Below are positions 9,556 to 20,920 of a DNA stretch of 64,000 bases, piece after piece. The translations under genes were made by a program, and so were the position numbers. Under the pieces are notes generated by a model that was not told the DNA's origin, searched no databases, and saw nothing but the letters and a program-made list of their open reading frames with translations. Within the stretch, counting starts at the first letter, position 1, and each line of letters starts with the position of its first letter. The DNA lies in contig OZ244991.1 of the NCBI GenBank assembly GCA_965223335.1, positions 1,984,001 through 2,048,000 of the forward strand, written 5' to 3'. Source of the DNA: Thermodesulfobacteriota bacterium (GTDB taxonomy: Bacteria; Desulfobacterota_D; UBA1144; Nemesobacterales; UBA2774).

Positions 9556-10266
9556 ATGAGCAAGAACTCTTTCGACACGGTATTTCTAGATGCAGCGGAC
9601 ACACTGTTTTATATAAAGGACGGGCTCGGGCGAACCTATGCGGATGTAGCTAAAAAGTTCGGCAATAACCCATCTCCCGATAGCATAAAGAGGTCGTTTG
9701 GCAGGGTGTTTAAGTCGGCTCCGCCGCTAGCGTTTGGTGATGTGTCGCACGTTCGTAGGCAATCACTTGAGAAAATGTGGTGGAAAGAGGTTGTAGCCGA
9801 GGTCTACCGAGATGTGGGTGACTTAGAGAGGTTTGATGATTACTTCGATGAGTTATATGAGGTGTTTAGGACCACGGCTTGGGAGATCTATCCCGAAACC
9901 ATAGAGGTGCTTAGCCTTCTAAAACAAAAGGGCTATAGGCTGGGGATCATATCGAATTTTGATACCAGGGTATACGACGTGTGTTTGCGTCTCGGTATTA
10001 CCGAGCACATTGATTGTTTTGTGATATCGAGTGAGGCGGGTCACGCGAAACCCGCGCCCGAGATATTTGAGATTGCACTTAGCAAAATGGGGGTAACCTC
10101 GTCCGGGACGATTCATGTAGGGGATGATATCGATAACGATTTTCACGGGGCCAGAGCTGTGGGGATTGATGCTTATCTGTTGGATAGGGAAAAAGAGCAC
10201 GAGGACAATAAAGAGGTAGATACAATCTCGAGCCTCCACGATCTTTTAATGTTGCTGGAAAAATAG
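9556..10266 (+). CDS. HAD-superfamily hydrolase (subfamily IA)
   Basis: DAADTL motif I, ISN, KP, HVGDDIDND. Confidence 0.9.
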   Translation: MSKNSFDTVFLDAADTLFYIKDGLGRTYADVAKKFGNNPSPDSIKRSFGRVFKSAPPLAFGDVSHVRRQSLEKMWWKEVVAEVYRDVGDLERFDDYFDELYEVFRTTAWEIYPETIEVLSLLKQKGYRLGIISNFDTRVYDVCLRLGITEHIDCFVISSEAGHAKPAPEIFEIALSKMGVTSSGTIHVGDDIDNDFHGARAVGIDAYLLDREKEHEDNKEVDTISSLHDLLMLLEK

Positions 10267-10271
10267 CCTCA

Positions 10272-10733
10272 ATGGAGGGTGTTATGAAAACTACACTGCT
10301 TGCACTACTTGTAGCAACAATATGGGGGATTAACCCGATATTTGAAAAACTTAGCCTGGTGAAAGCCTCGCCATTAGCTGTCATAACAATACGCTTTATA
10401 TTTTCTACGATCATACTGGTTGCGATAGCGTTCTCGGGGAATATCGTAGAAGAGGTAAGGACTATGAAATTGATGACCTATGTCTGGATTATATTGGCAG
10501 GGGTGCTGGGTGCAGTGGGCCTATATATATACTTCGTTGCTTTACAAGAGGACCATACTTCAAAGATTGTTCCCATAATTGCCAGTTTCCCTCTGTTTAC
10601 GGCTCTATACGCATATATATTCCTTAAAGAACAAATAACTACAGAGCGTTTGGTAGGAATTGTATTTGTTGTGGCCGGAGTAATACTCATTAACTGGAAC
10701 AACCATTTCGGCAGTGAGGGTGGGGCAGGATGA
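10272..10733 (+). CDS. EamA/DMT family membrane protein (single repeat)
   Basis: About 5 hydrophobic segments; IWG and FLKE...G motifs. Confidence 0.85.
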   Translation: MEGVMKTTLLALLVATIWGINPIFEKLSLVKASPLAVITIRFIFSTIILVAIAFSGNIVEEVRTMKLMTYVWIILAGVLGAVGLYIYFVALQEDHTSKIVPIIASFPLFTALYAYIFLKEQITTERLVGIVFVVAGVILINWNNHFGSEGGAG

Positions 10734-10751
10734 TCCGTCGTGTAGCCGGTG

Positions 10752-10937
10752 TTAGTCAGAGGACTCTTTCCTGGTAAACAGCACAAATGCCATTGAAGGT
10801 CTCTTGGACGAGTCTCTCATGGCGAATTGGATGCCGTCTAGTAACCAACCCTGCTTGACCCATGTGTTTATCACATTCTCGAGCTCTTCATCAGTGACGG
10901 TTGATACCTCGACAACTTTGTAGGTTGTGTAGTCCAT
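10752..10937 (-). CDS. Small DUF4177-like protein
   Basis: YKVV...LENVINTWVKQGW pattern; follows hemB on the same strand. Confidence 0.7.
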   Translation of the reverse strand: MDYTTYKVVEVSTVTDEELENVINTWVKQGWLLDGIQFAMRDSSKRPSMAFVLFTRKESSD

Positions 10938-10950
10938 CTTGTTTGTCTAT

Positions 10951-11928
10951 CTACCCGGAGTTTAGAATTTTGGCTGCGTCTTTTGCGAAATAGGTCAGAA
11001 TAATATCGGCCCCGGCTCTCTTTATAGAGACGAGTGTTTCCATCATTACCTGGGACTCATCAATCCAGCCCTTTTTTCCCGCAGCTTTCACCATGGAGTA
11101 CTCGCCGCTTACCTGATAGGCGGCGATCGGGTGGTCGTATTCCTCACGCGCAGCCCTTATGATGTCGAGATAGGGAAGGGCCGGTTTTACCATCACTATA
11201 TCGGCGCCCTCTTCTATGTCCAAAGAGATCTCGCGCATGGCCTCACGCACGTTGGGGGGGGCCATCTGGTAGCTGCGCCTGTCGCCGAATTTGGGGGGTG
11301 ATTCTGCAGCGTCTCGAAACGGGCCATAAAAAGCAGATGCGTACTTTGCGGAGTATGACATTATCGGGATATTATCGTAACCGTTCTCATCCAGTATCTC
11401 TCTAATAACACCCACGCGCCCGTCCATCATATCCGAAGGTGCTACGATGTCGGCCCCGGCCTCAGCATGCGAAAGCGCCATGGCCGAGAGATACTCGAGT
11501 GTTTGATCGTTGTCTACATCCCCGTTCGCGATTATCCCGCAATGGCCGTGGTCGGTGTACTCGCACATACAGACATCTGTTACGACTATTATGTCTTTTA
11601 CCTTTTTTTTGATCTCTCTTACCGCTTGCTGGATGATGCCGTTTTTGTCGTAGCCCTCAGTGCCGAGATCGTCCTTTTTCTTGGGAATGCCGAAAAGTAG
11701 TATTGATTTGATACCGAGTTTTTTTACCTGTCTTATCTCTTTTATAAGATTGTCAATGGACTGTTTGTATATACCCGGCATGGACGCTACCTGAGTTCTC
11801 TTTTTTTTGCCGGGCATCACAAACATTGGGTAGATGAAGTCCGAAACTGACAAATTTGTTTCTGAGACCATGTCTCTTAGAGCTTGGTTGCGTCTTAGTC
11901 TTCTGGGTCTATAAACGGGAAAGTACAT
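10951..11928 (-). CDS. hemB: Porphobilinogen synthase
   Basis: [14 protein letters not shown]n site, [29 protein letters not shown]. Confidence 0.98.
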   Translation of the reverse strand: MYFPVYRPRRLRRNQALRDMVSETNLSVSDFIYPMFVMPGKKKRTQVASMPGIYKQSIDNLIKEIRQVKKLGIKSILLFGIPKKKDDLGTEGYDKNGIIQQAVREIKKKVKDIIVVTDVCMCEYTDHGHCGIIANGDVDNDQTLEYLSAMALSHAEAGADIVAPSDMMDGRVGVIREILDENGYDNIPIMSYSAKYASAFYGPFRDAAESPPKFGDRRSYQMAPPNVREAMREISLDIEEGADIVMVKPALPYLDIIRAAREEYDHPIAAYQVSGEYSMVKAAGKKGWIDESQVMMETLVSIKRAGADIILTYFAKDAAKILNSG

Positions 11929-11935
11929 AGATGAT

Positions 11936-11965
11936 AATGTATATGGCAGTTAAGTGGTTAGTCAA
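11936..11965 (-). promoter_or_regulatory. sigma70-type promoter of hemB (TTGACT-N18-TACATT), likely leaderless
   Basis: The -10 box ends 7 nt before the ATG; no SD. Confidence 0.55.
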
Positions 11966-12088
11966 CTAGGGCTTAGAGTTGTTGCAAGCTTCTTTAAATA
12001 GTTTTTAAGCTCTGTATAATACTACCTCCGTTAATGAGGTGAGCTGATTTAACTGCAATGCATCATAGGATTTGGGATCTTAACAGAA

Positions 12089-13774
12089 GTGGAAAAAGCT
12101 AATAAAGAAAAGAGCCTTGATTTTATTAGATCAATTATCGAGCAGGATATATCTGATAATAAAAACGACGGGCGCGTAGCTACGAGGTTCCCGCCGGAAC
12201 CAAACGGGTATCTCCACATAGGACATGCAAAATCGATATGCCTTAACTTTGGGGTGGCCCTTGAGTACGGGGGCACGTGCAACCTTAGGTTCGACGACAC
12301 TAACCCTACAAAGGAAAATATAGAGTATGTGAATTCTATACAAGAGGACGTCAGGTGGCTCGGTTACGATTGGGAAGACCGCTTGTACTACGCATCGGAC
12401 TATTTCGACAAGCTCTATGAGTATGCGGTGGAGCTTGTTAAAGCTGATAAGGCTTATGTGGACAGCCTCACGGGTGACCAGATAAGGGAGTACCGGGGAA
12501 CACTGAGTGAGCCGGGCAAAAACAGTCCCTACAGAGACAGGGATGTTGAGGGGAACCTAGACCTATTAACTCGGATGAAAGAGGGTGAGTTCAAGGAGGG
12601 TGAGTATGTGCTGAGGGCCAAGATAGATATGGCTTCGGGCAACCTGAACATGAGAGACCCTGTGATGTATAGGATTCTTAAAGAGCCTCATTATAGGTCG
12701 GGGGATAAATGGAACATATACCCCATGTATGACTTTGCGCACTGTGTGTCGGACTCTATTGAGGGTATTACACACTCGTTATGCACGCTTGAGTTCGAGG
12801 ACCACAGGCCACTTTACGACTGGTTTTTAGAGGAGCTTGGGGTACATCACCCGCAGCAGATAGAGTTTGCGAGGCTAAACCTGAGTTACACGGTGCTTAG
12901 CAAGAGAAAGATAATAGAGTTGGTTGAGAACAAATATGTCGGGGGCTGGGACGACCCGCGTATGCCCACACTGGCGGGGTTAAGGCGCAGGGGATATACG
13001 CCGGCTTCCATACGGAATTTTTGTGAGAAGATAGGTGTGACAAAGCAGGATAGCCAGATTGATGTTGCTCTATTGGAATACAGCATCCGGGATGACCTGA
13101 ATAAGATAGCGCCTCGTGTAATGGCTGTGCTTAACCCGCTTAAGATAGAGATAATCAACTATCCGGATGATCTGGTGGAGGATATGGAGGCAATAAATAA
13201 CCCAGAGGACCCGGGCATGGGAACGAGGACTGTGCCGTTTTCCAAGATCTTGTACATAGAAAGGGACGATTTTATGGAGAACCCCTCAAAGAAGTTCCAT
13301 CGCCTCGCACCGGGGCGAGAGGTGAGGCTGCGATACGGGTATATAATCGAATGCACTGAAGTAGTTAAGGATGATAGTGGGGATATAGTGGAGCTGAAAT
13401 GTACCTACGACCCAGAGACTAGGGGAGGGGACACACCCGACGGTCGAAAGATTAGGGGTACGATACATTGGGTCTCTGCTGAGCATGCAGTGAGTGCCGA
13501 GGTAAGACTGTATGACCGGTTGTTTAGTGTGCCGGACCCAGAGAACGTAGAGAAAGATGGTTCATTCCTAGACAACTTTAACCAAGAATCGCTAAATGTT
13601 ATTAGTGATGCAAAACTAGAACCCAGCCTGGCAGATGCAAAAACCGGTGTTAATTATCAGTTTGAACGCCTGGGCTACTTTTACCTGGATGAGCCGGATA
13701 GTACCGAAGACAAATTGGTATTTAACCGGACCGCAACGCTTCGGGACACCTGGGGCAAAATAAAAAACAAGTAA
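12089..13774 (+). CDS. glnS: Glutamine--tRNA ligase
   Basis: [34 protein letters not shown]-like C-terminus. Confidence 0.96.
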   Translation: MEKANKEKSLDFIRSIIEQDISDNKNDGRVATRFPPEPNGYLHIGHAKSICLNFGVALEYGGTCNLRFDDTNPTKENIEYVNSIQEDVRWLGYDWEDRLYYASDYFDKLYEYAVELVKADKAYVDSLTGDQIREYRGTLSEPGKNSPYRDRDVEGNLDLLTRMKEGEFKEGEYVLRAKIDMASGNLNMRDPVMYRILKEPHYRSGDKWNIYPMYDFAHCVSDSIEGITHSLCTLEFEDHRPLYDWFLEELGVHHPQQIEFARLNLSYTVLSKRKIIELVENKYVGGWDDPRMPTLAGLRRRGYTPASIRNFCEKIGVTKQDSQIDVALLEYSIRDDLNKIAPRVMAVLNPLKIEIINYPDDLVEDMEAINNPEDPGMGTRTVPFSKILYIERDDFMENPSKKFHRLAPGREVRLRYGYIIECTEVVKDDSGDIVELKCTYDPETRGGDTPDGRKIRGTIHWVSAEHAVSAEVRLYDRLFSVPDPENVEKDGSFLDNFNQESLNVISDAKLEPSLADAKTGVNYQFERLGYFYLDEPDSTEDKLVFNRTATLRDTWGKIKNK

Positions 13775-13806
13775 ATTAGGTAAGTAAGACAGGCCAATCT
13801 TCTAAA

Positions 13807-13842
13807 ATGCAATGGCCGGCTTCTTTAATTCCGCTATTGCAT
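13807..13842. terminator. Possible hairpin between convergent glnS and purN-like genes
   Basis: ATGCAAT...ATTGCAT inverted arms with inner CGG/CCG pairing; weak U tracts. Confidence 0.3.
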
Positions 13843-13869
13843 CGCAAAAAATAACTATAATAAATAAAC

Positions 13870-14655
13870 TCAAAACAAACTACTGTTATCTTCTTCAGAC
13901 ATTTTGTAACCGGTTACCCCGAGCTCTTTATTGTCTAAATAGACTGTATTTTCTGGATTGATCGAGATCCTACCGTTAGCAATAAGGCTATGAATCACAA
14001 AAGGATAAATAAACCTCTCGGGTCCATTGCGCAATAGATTGCCAATCACGTCTTTGTCATCCTCGGTATAACCCCGAAGGGAAATATCGGTGCTCTGTGC
14101 AAGCACAGGGCCGAACCGCTCTGTGGGGGACTGCAAATATACACTACACCTAAGACTGCTCTCGTTTTTGCGAAGTGCCTGCACCGAGGCCTCGACACCC
14201 CTTACCAAGTAGTCTTTGGTGGTATCGCCCGGATAGAGATTGAGCACTCTGTTTTTGTACCTGTTTAAGAATTTTTGTCCCAACCGTCTTCTAAACCCTG
14301 CAAGCACAATAAGGTCGGGGGTAAATCTATCTTCTAATAGAGAGATTATCGCTGCGTCATAATAGTCCCTGGATTCATCATCGTTGGGATCTGTGCCGAG
14401 GGACTCAAAATATTTTTTCGAGCTTAGCTTTATAACCGGTATACCATAACCCTCGGCAACCTCTACACCCTTGCAACCGGGTACATTGGTGAATACAACT
14501 TCGACTTTTCCATAGTTGGGCACACCGTTTTTGATACATAACTGCTGTTGTTCGTATATTGGAATAAGATTTGAGCCCGAGCCTGAAATAAAAACCGCTA
14601 AACGCATCGGGCTACGGCCGGGGGAAAATATAGGTGTTGATGTTTGTTTTTCCAT
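13870..14655 (-). CDS. PurN/GAR formyltransferase-like protein with divergent active site
   Basis: RLAVFISGSGSNL and PDLIVLAGF are conserved, but NLYPG replaces NIHPS. Confidence 0.7.
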   Translation of the reverse strand: MEKQTSTPIFSPGRSPMRLAVFISGSGSNLIPIYEQQQLCIKNGVPNYGKVEVVFTNVPGCKGVEVAEGYGIPVIKLSSKKYFESLGTDPNDDESRDYYDAAIISLLEDRFTPDLIVLAGFRRRLGQKFLNRYKNRVLNLYPGDTTKDYLVRGVEASVQALRKNESSLRCSVYLQSPTERFGPVLAQSTDISLRGYTEDDKDVIGNLLRNGPERFIYPFVIHSLIANGRISINPENTVYLDNKELGVTGYKMSEEDNSSLF

Positions 14656-14724
14656 GAGTTTATTGGAGAGTTGTTTTATTTACAATATCTATTGATTCAG
14701 GGAAAGTATATCGACTGAAACGAT

Positions 14725-15597
14725 ATGAGCAACTGGGCGCTTAGATTAATAACATCGATAATTGCGATACCGATCCTCTATATAGTCTTTCGTTACGGGG
14801 GCCCGCTATTTGTAGTCTTAATAACAGCTGTGGGGATTGTTGCCATCCTTGAGTACTTTAGACTGCTTGACCGTACTGACCTGAGTATTGAAAAGTACAT
14901 CGGTGTGTTGGGTGTGGTCATACTGCCTTTGGGGGCATTTTATGGATACATGTACCTTGGGCTTGGGTTTACTTGTATGGTGTTGTTGGTGCTCTTGAGT
15001 CAGTTGTTAAAGGATGATCTAACCGACTGTATTTACAGAATAAGTGTCACGGTGCTAGGCATTGCATATGTGGGTTGGTTTGTGTCGCATGCTGTCTTGA
15101 TAAGGAATCTGGGGAGTTCGCACGATACCAAAGAGCTTAATACTCTCTACGAAAATGTATCTGATGTCGGGTTCTTTTATATAGTGCTTGTGGTGGCTGT
15201 GACTTTTTTAAACGACACCGGGGCTTACTATGTGGGCAAGTTCATAGGCAAACACAAACTGGTACCGAGTATAAGCCCGGGTAAGACTATTGAGGGCACA
15301 CTCGGGGGGATTGTATCGTCAATAATAACAGCAGTTGTCGTGAATATTATTTTTGGTGCGCCTGTATCTTATCTGTTTGTGGTTACCTTCGGGTTGTTGA
15401 TTGCTGTGTTGGCTGTGATCGGTGACCTTGCTGAGTCTTCAATAAAGAGGGGCTCTGGGGTAAAGGATACGGGAGAGATATTGCCTGGGCACGGGGGAGT
15501 GCTCGACAGGATAGACAGTCTTTTGTTTGTGCTGCCCTTTTCTTACTACTATATATTGCTATGGGTAGGTGGAGGAGAGAGGATCGTAGGAAGTTAG
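14725..15597 (+). CDS. cdsA: Phosphatidate cytidylyltransferase
   Basis: DTGAY, SPGKTIEG, GDLAES, KDTG..LPGHGGVLDRIDS. Confidence 0.95.
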   Translation: MSNWALRLITSIIAIPILYIVFRYGGPLFVVLITAVGIVAILEYFRLLDRTDLSIEKYIGVLGVVILPLGAFYGYMYLGLGFTCMVLLVLLSQLLKDDLTDCIYRISVTVLGIAYVGWFVSHAVLIRNLGSSHDTKELNTLYENVSDVGFFYIVLVVAVTFLNDTGAYYVGKFIGKHKLVPSISPGKTIEGTLGGIVSSIITAVVVNIIFGAPVSYLFVVTFGLLIAVLAVIGDLAESSIKRGSGVKDTGEILPGHGGVLDRIDSLLFVLPFSYYYILLWVGGGERIVGS

Positions 15598-15672
15598 ACG
15601 CAAGCACGTAATTAGACATATGTCAATATTGGCAACCTTGAAGAAACTTGCATTTTATTTATATTGTACGCT

Positions 15673-16821
15673 ATGCCTAAAGATCCTGTAAGCAAGGCAA
15701 GTGCCGGACTGGAGATAAAAACCCAGGGGGCTGATACTCTGGTCTTGGCCATAAGCGGTAGGTTGGACTCGTACTCGGCAGCGGGGATATGGGGGAATTC
15801 GCTTTTAACAATTGAAGATAAAAAGCCCGCACACCTGATTGTAGATGCCTCGGGGATTGATTACTGTGACTCGTCGGGGATCTCACTATTGCTTGACCTC
15901 GAGAGGAAACAGACCTATGGGGGAGGGGATTATCGCATAGAAGGGCTTAGGGAAGAGTACGGCAGGATGTTGGGGCTATATGACTATAAAGAGTTCAAAG
16001 AAGACCCGGATGCACTGCTTGCTGATGATGAAAAACTGCTCATCACAGTTGGTAAGAACTCGTATTCATTGTGGGAAGAGATCAAGGTACATGTTGAATT
16101 TACCGGACGTATGCTGGTCGCACTGGTCCAGTCGTTTAAAAACCCAAGCGAGATCAGATGGCGCGAGGTATTGATAACATCTGAAAAATTCGGCTCAAAT
16201 GCAATAATCATCATAGCGCTGGTCAACTTTCTTGTGGGCCTGGTAATAGCGTTTCAGTCTGCAATACCGATGCGGCAATACGGGGCCGACATATTCGTAG
16301 CAAACCTGGTGGCGATTGCATATTTTAAGGAGCTCGGGCCTTTAATGACGGCTTTTGTGGTAAATGGGCGAAGCGGCTCTGCGTTTGCGGCGGAATTGGG
16401 AACGATGAAGATAAACGAGGAGATTGACGCTCTAACCACAATGGGGCTTGATCCTGTGAAATTCTTGATTGTGCCCAAAGCCATAGCTGCGTTGCTTATG
16501 CTCCCGCTGCTCACACTTTTTGGGAATTTGTTTGGACTATTGGGAGGGCTTGTAGTGATGCTCTCGCTTGGCTATACATTTGTTACGTTCTATAATCAGG
16601 TTACAGCCTCTGCGACCTATGTGATGTTGTTGGCGGGTTTGTTTAAAACACTTTTTTTCGCACTCATTATTGCGGGTGTGGGCTGTTTGTCGGGTATGAG
16701 GGCAAGCAAAGGGCCTTCAGCCGTAGGTGATGCTGCGACAACTGCGGTTGTGACCGGTATTATATTGGTCATACTTGTGGATGGACTGTTCGGTGTTCTA
16801 TATTATATCCTTGGGGTGTGA
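15673..16821 (+). CDS. mlaE: MlaE-family ABC permease with N-terminal STAS domain
   Basis: STAS DSSG motif, ELGPLMTA, GSAFAAELGTMK. ATG at 15673 preferred over TTG at 15664. Confidence 0.9.
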   Translation: MPKDPVSKASAGLEIKTQGADTLVLAISGRLDSYSAAGIWGNSLLTIEDKKPAHLIVDASGIDYCDSSGISLLLDLERKQTYGGGDYRIEGLREEYGRMLGLYDYKEFKEDPDALLADDEKLLITVGKNSYSLWEEIKVHVEFTGRMLVALVQSFKNPSEIRWREVLITSEKFGSNAIIIIALVNFLVGLVIAFQSAIPMRQYGADIFVANLVAIAYFKELGPLMTAFVVNGRSGSAFAAELGTMKINEEIDALTTMGLDPVKFLIVPKAIAALLMLPLLTLFGNLFGLLGGLVVMLSLGYTFVTFYNQVTASATYVMLLAGLFKTLFFALIIAGVGCLSGMRASKGPSAVGDAATTAVVTGIILVILVDGLFGVLYYILGV

Positions 16822-17600
16822 GTTTAGTGGACGAGAAATCAAAAGCCATAATTACGGTTACTAATTTTACGGCGGCCTACGGCGACAACGTTATTATAGA
16901 CAATATCAGCTTCGATGTTTACGAAGGTGAGATCTTTGTGATATTGGGCGGGTCGGGCTGTGGCAAGAGCACGCTGCTGAAACACATGATAGGCCTTTAC
17001 AGGCCGGCTTCGGGACGCATTCTCATAGACGGGGATGATATAGCAGTGGCAGGGGGAGAGAACAGAATAGATATCCTCAAAAAAATCGGCGTAGCCTACC
17101 AGCAGGGTGCACTGTTTGGTTCCATGACGGTGCTTGAAAACGTCATGATACCGCTTGAGGTCTACACGGACCTCGATCGAGAGGCCATGGAATTAATTGC
17201 ACTTATGAAACTCAAGCTGGTTGGATTGCTGGGTTCTGAAAACAAGATGCCTTCAGAACTAAGCGGGGGGATGATCAAGCGCGCAGCACTTGCAAGGGCC
17301 ATGGCGCTTGACCCGAGGATACTTTTTTTGGACGAGCCCTCCGCAGGGCTTGACCCCATTACCTCAGCGGACTTGGATGAAACCATAATAAACCTCTCTA
17401 GGACGTTGGGGATTACATTTGTAGTGGTTACACACGAGTTGGCAAGTATATATAAGATTGCTGACAGAGTGATAATGCTGGATAAGGGTGTAAAGCGTAT
17501 AATAGCTACCGGTAAGCCTAAAGAGCTTAGGGATCACTCGGACAATAAAATCGTGCAGCAGTTCTTTAGAAGAGAGTCGGCTGTGCAATTGGGGGCATAG
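16818..17600 (+). CDS. mlaF: MlaF-family ABC ATPase
   Basis: GGSGCGKST, LSGGM, LFLDEP, VTH. Confidence 0.92.
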   Translation: MSLVDEKSKAIITVTNFTAAYGDNVIIDNISFDVYEGEIFVILGGSGCGKSTLLKHMIGLYRPASGRILIDGDDIAVAGGENRIDILKKIGVAYQQGALFGSMTVLENVMIPLEVYTDLDREAMELIALMKLKLVGLLGSENKMPSELSGGMIKRAALARAMALDPRILFLDEPSAGLDPITSADLDETIINLSRTLGITFVVVTHELASIYKIADRVIMLDKGVKRIIATGKPKELRDHSDNKIVQQFFRRESAVQLGA

Positions 17601-17617
17601 AGGGTAATTAAAATATC

Positions 17618-18583
17618 ATGAGTCAAAAACCTAACTATTTTAAAATAGGTCTGTTTACGATATTGGGCACTTTGCTGCTGGCTTTTGCAATCGTAATCTT
17701 TGGTGCAGGTAAGTTTTTTCAGGAAAAGATCTATGTTGAAACTTACTTTGACCAATCAGTACAAGGTTTAAATGTAGGTTCAGCACTTAAGTATCAGGGT
17801 GTTGATATCGGCAATGTGAGTGAGATGGGTTTTGTCTTTGCTGAGTATAATACCGATTATCAATATGTGTATGTGAGGGCTGAGATATATCCCACTCTGG
17901 TATCCAAAACCGGCAAAGGGATGTACAAGAATGAGTTCGAGAGGAAAAAAGGTCTTAAAGAGATGATAGAAAATGGACTTAGACTGCAGCTTGCGTCCCA
18001 GGGTATTACAGGTGTTGCTTTTCTAAATGCCGTGTATTTAGACCCAAAAGATCATCTCCCGGTTGAAATAAACTGGAAACCTAAATATATCTATATACCA
18101 TCTGCACCGGGCACTATTACCCTTATTACTCAGGCAATAGAGAAACTTACTAAAACTATCGAATCAATAGATTTCAAAGGCATATCAGATGAGGTTAATA
18201 AGTTGATCGTGACAACTTCAAATGCCGTCGATGATGCAAATATTAAAGAGGTGAGTGAAGATTTGAGGGCAGTGCTTAAGAGCTTGGATAGGACGGTAAG
18301 TTCTATAGATTCAATTGTCAACAGCCCTGAGGTCTTAGCAAGCCTAAAAAATGTTAAAGAATCCACAGCCGAATTGCCCGCTACGATTGCGGAATTAAAA
18401 CGTACAATTCATAAGACCGACCAGATCCTAAACAGCAGAGAGAACAACTTGCGGGTGGTAATAGAAAACATAGAGCTTATCTCGGATGACTTAAGAGAGT
18501 TTATGGAGACTGTAAAAAAATATCCATCGTGGGTTTTCTTTGGGGAAAAACCGCCACGATTTAAAGCAGGTGAAAATGAATAA
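17618..18583 (+). CDS. mlaD: MlaD/MCE domain protein
   Basis: N-terminal TM, GLNVGSALKYQGVDIG MCE signature, helical C-terminus. Confidence 0.88.
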   Translation: MSQKPNYFKIGLFTILGTLLLAFAIVIFGAGKFFQEKIYVETYFDQSVQGLNVGSALKYQGVDIGNVSEMGFVFAEYNTDYQYVYVRAEIYPTLVSKTGKGMYKNEFERKKGLKEMIENGLRLQLASQGITGVAFLNAVYLDPKDHLPVEINWKPKYIYIPSAPGTITLITQAIEKLTKTIESIDFKGISDEVNKLIVTTSNAVDDANIKEVSEDLRAVLKSLDRTVSSIDSIVNSPEVLASLKNVKESTAELPATIAELKRTIHKTDQILNSRENNLRVVIENIELISDDLREFMETVKKYPSWVFFGEKPPRFKAGENE

Positions 18584-19205
18584 ACAAAAATATTACACAG
18601 CCGCAGTGCTTGTAGTAACTTGTTTTTGCGTAATGGGGTGTGCGTCGCTAAATAAAACCTATCCTGAACGAAACTACTATCTGTTTAAACTTCCCGAAGC
18701 CGAAAACAGCTTGCAACACAGCTCGGATTCGATTGCCTTGGTGAAAAGGTTTACGTTGTCGCCGGCAAATATGAGTAAACAATTCATATACAGGACCTCA
18801 GAGCTCGAGTACGAATCGGATTTCTATAACCAGTTTTTTAGGATCCCATCGGCGCTGGTTACCGAAGAGTTTGTACTGTGGCTAGATAAATCGGGGTTGT
18901 TCCGACAGGTTGTCACACCCTCAATTCAGATCCCCTATGACTATTTCATCGAGGGTAATATAGTCCGGCTCTACGGCGATTTCCGAAGCACTACAAATCC
19001 TACTGCGGTAATGGAGCTACAACTGTTTTTACTCGAACCTACGGATACCGGTGACAATAACCTTGTATTTGCTAAGACCTATGAGAGCACAATAGGTATT
19101 GGGGCACCCAGAGCCGATGAACTCATGAACGGCTGGAACAAGGGACTTGACGGCATAATAGCCGAATTTGCCGCGGATATCGCCGGCCTTGTGAACACGA
19201 ATTAG
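18576..19205 (+). CDS. ABC-type transport auxiliary lipoprotein (PqiC-like)
   Basis: Lipobox VMGC followed by YYL; last gene of the MCE operon. Confidence 0.75.
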   Translation: MNKQKYYTAAVLVVTCFCVMGCASLNKTYPERNYYLFKLPEAENSLQHSSDSIALVKRFTLSPANMSKQFIYRTSELEYESDFYNQFFRIPSALVTEEFVLWLDKSGLFRQVVTPSIQIPYDYFIEGNIVRLYGDFRSTTNPTAVMELQLFLLEPTDTGDNNLVFAKTYESTIGIGAPRADELMNGWNKGLDGIIAEFAADIAGLVNTN

Positions 19206-19394
19206 TCTTAAACTCGAGGATAAAGGGAGCCATATAGATTTGTTGCCATGTTCTAATGCCGCTATTGCATATAGTTTTGCACGAGATATTGATTGTTCTC
19301 ACGTTTATTAACTAAAGTTACTTGCTTTAGAGTGTTTTGAAGTCTTATAATTATATAAATATTATAAAACAACTGTTTTCAGGATAGGAATGAG

Positions 19395-20858
19395 ATGAGG
19401 ATAGTCCTTTGGCTGCTAGTTGCCGTTTTACTGGTACTCTCTTTGGTATTCGGTGTGCTACCGTACTTCTTTGGGAAAAGAACAGAAGACGAATACTATA
19501 CACTTGTAGAAAGATACGGTGAGATAGAGGGTATCGATGCAAAGAGCATTGAATACAATAGGGGATGGTTTGTATCGAGAGCAAGCACACAGTATGAAAC
19601 ACCGGGTTTAAACACCGTAACTTTCACAGCCGTTGACAATAACCTTATATATCATGGGCCGTTTCCCCTACAAGCAATACTTAAGGGTAAAATCGCTCCG
19701 AAACCGGTGTTGGCCTTTATTGAATCCATCTACGAGATAGAGGCCGTAGAGACCGAAGCTAGATCTAAAGATCCTGCCATATCATTTGTGGTTCAGGTAA
19801 TGAATAATCTCCCCACATTGGAATCAACCACTACCATAGCTCTGGATGCAAGCAGTATATCCAGGATCTCTATCGATAAAACCTCTACTGACACCGAAGA
19901 AGGTACAAGGTTTGATTTCGGAGGGCTTAAGGGGCAGGTTGAACTTGGCCCCGAGATTGAGAGCTTTAAATCCGAGTTAGATTCACCAGGGCTAACCCTA
20001 CATGACGAAGAATCTACATTGTCGATTAGCAGCGTTGAGGGACAATCGGATATGTACTATCCCACCACTGACAGAAATATACCGTTGGGCATGTATAGAG
20101 TAAGTGTCGGAGAGGTAGAGTTTGTAGATCCTAAAAAGGCAAAGACAAAAAAGAGCGGTGGGAAAATAAAGGTAAACAACTTTAGTGTAGGGGGGGATTC
20201 TGAATTAACTAACGGTGCGTTTGACGCAAGCATAAAATTTGATGTTAAACAGGTAGCTGTAGACGGCTCGGTTTATGGCCCGGGGACTTACGAGATGGTG
20301 TTGAGGAATTTGGACTATGAATCGGCTAACCAGATAAGACAAAAAACACAGGAAACCAACATTCAGGACCCGGAGGAACGAAACCAAGTGCTTACCGCAG
20401 AGTTGCTTAATGTGCTTCCAGAACTAATTAAGCACTCGCCGGAACTGGAAATTACTAATCTCAGCTTACAAACTGATTATGGGGATGTAGGGGGTAGGGC
20501 TAAAATAGCTGTGGACGGGAGCAACCCTGAAATGATTGCAAACCCACTTTTCCTGGCGTTTGCTATTACAGCCGATGTGGAGTTTCAGATTGCAGAGGAA
20601 TTGCTTAAAACACTGCTCGAGGCGCTTAGCAGGGATGAAATTGTCGATAACTATAAGTTGTTGAGGGGTAGGACCCCGAGTGAAAAGGAGATAGATGAGT
20701 TGGCCGAGGAGGCGGCTGAGGACGGTATGTTGAAGCTGCTTAGGGATAATTACTTTGTAAAAAACGGTGATCAGTTTGAATTGAAAGCAACATATACAAA
20801 TGGTGAGATTACACTTAACGGTAAACCGCTTGATATTAGTTCGCTACTGAAGAAGTAG
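19395..20858 (+). CDS. YdgA/DUF945 family protein
   Basis: N-terminal TM, Y.RGWF.S, HGPFP, C-terminal LNG. Confidence 0.85.
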   Translation: MRIVLWLLVAVLLVLSLVFGVLPYFFGKRTEDEYYTLVERYGEIEGIDAKSIEYNRGWFVSRASTQYETPGLNTVTFTAVDNNLIYHGPFPLQAILKGKIAPKPVLAFIESIYEIEAVETEARSKDPAISFVVQVMNNLPTLESTTTIALDASSISRISIDKTSTDTEEGTRFDFGGLKGQVELGPEIESFKSELDSPGLTLHDEESTLSISSVEGQSDMYYPTTDRNIPLGMYRVSVGEVEFVDPKKAKTKKSGGKIKVNNFSVGGDSELTNGAFDASIKFDVKQVAVDGSVYGPGTYEMVLRNLDYESANQIRQKTQETNIQDPEERNQVLTAELLNVLPELIKHSPELEITNLSLQTDYGDVGGRAKIAVDGSNPEMIANPLFLAFAITADVEFQIAEELLKTLLEALSRDEIVDNYKLLRGRTPSEKEIDELAEEAAEDGMLKLLRDNYFVKNGDQFELKATYTNGEITLNGKPLDISSLLKK

Positions 20859-20920
20859 CGTAACGGCCAATAAGCATCAATAACACACCCAATTGATCCG
20901 AGTGAAATGGCCCCCCTGGA

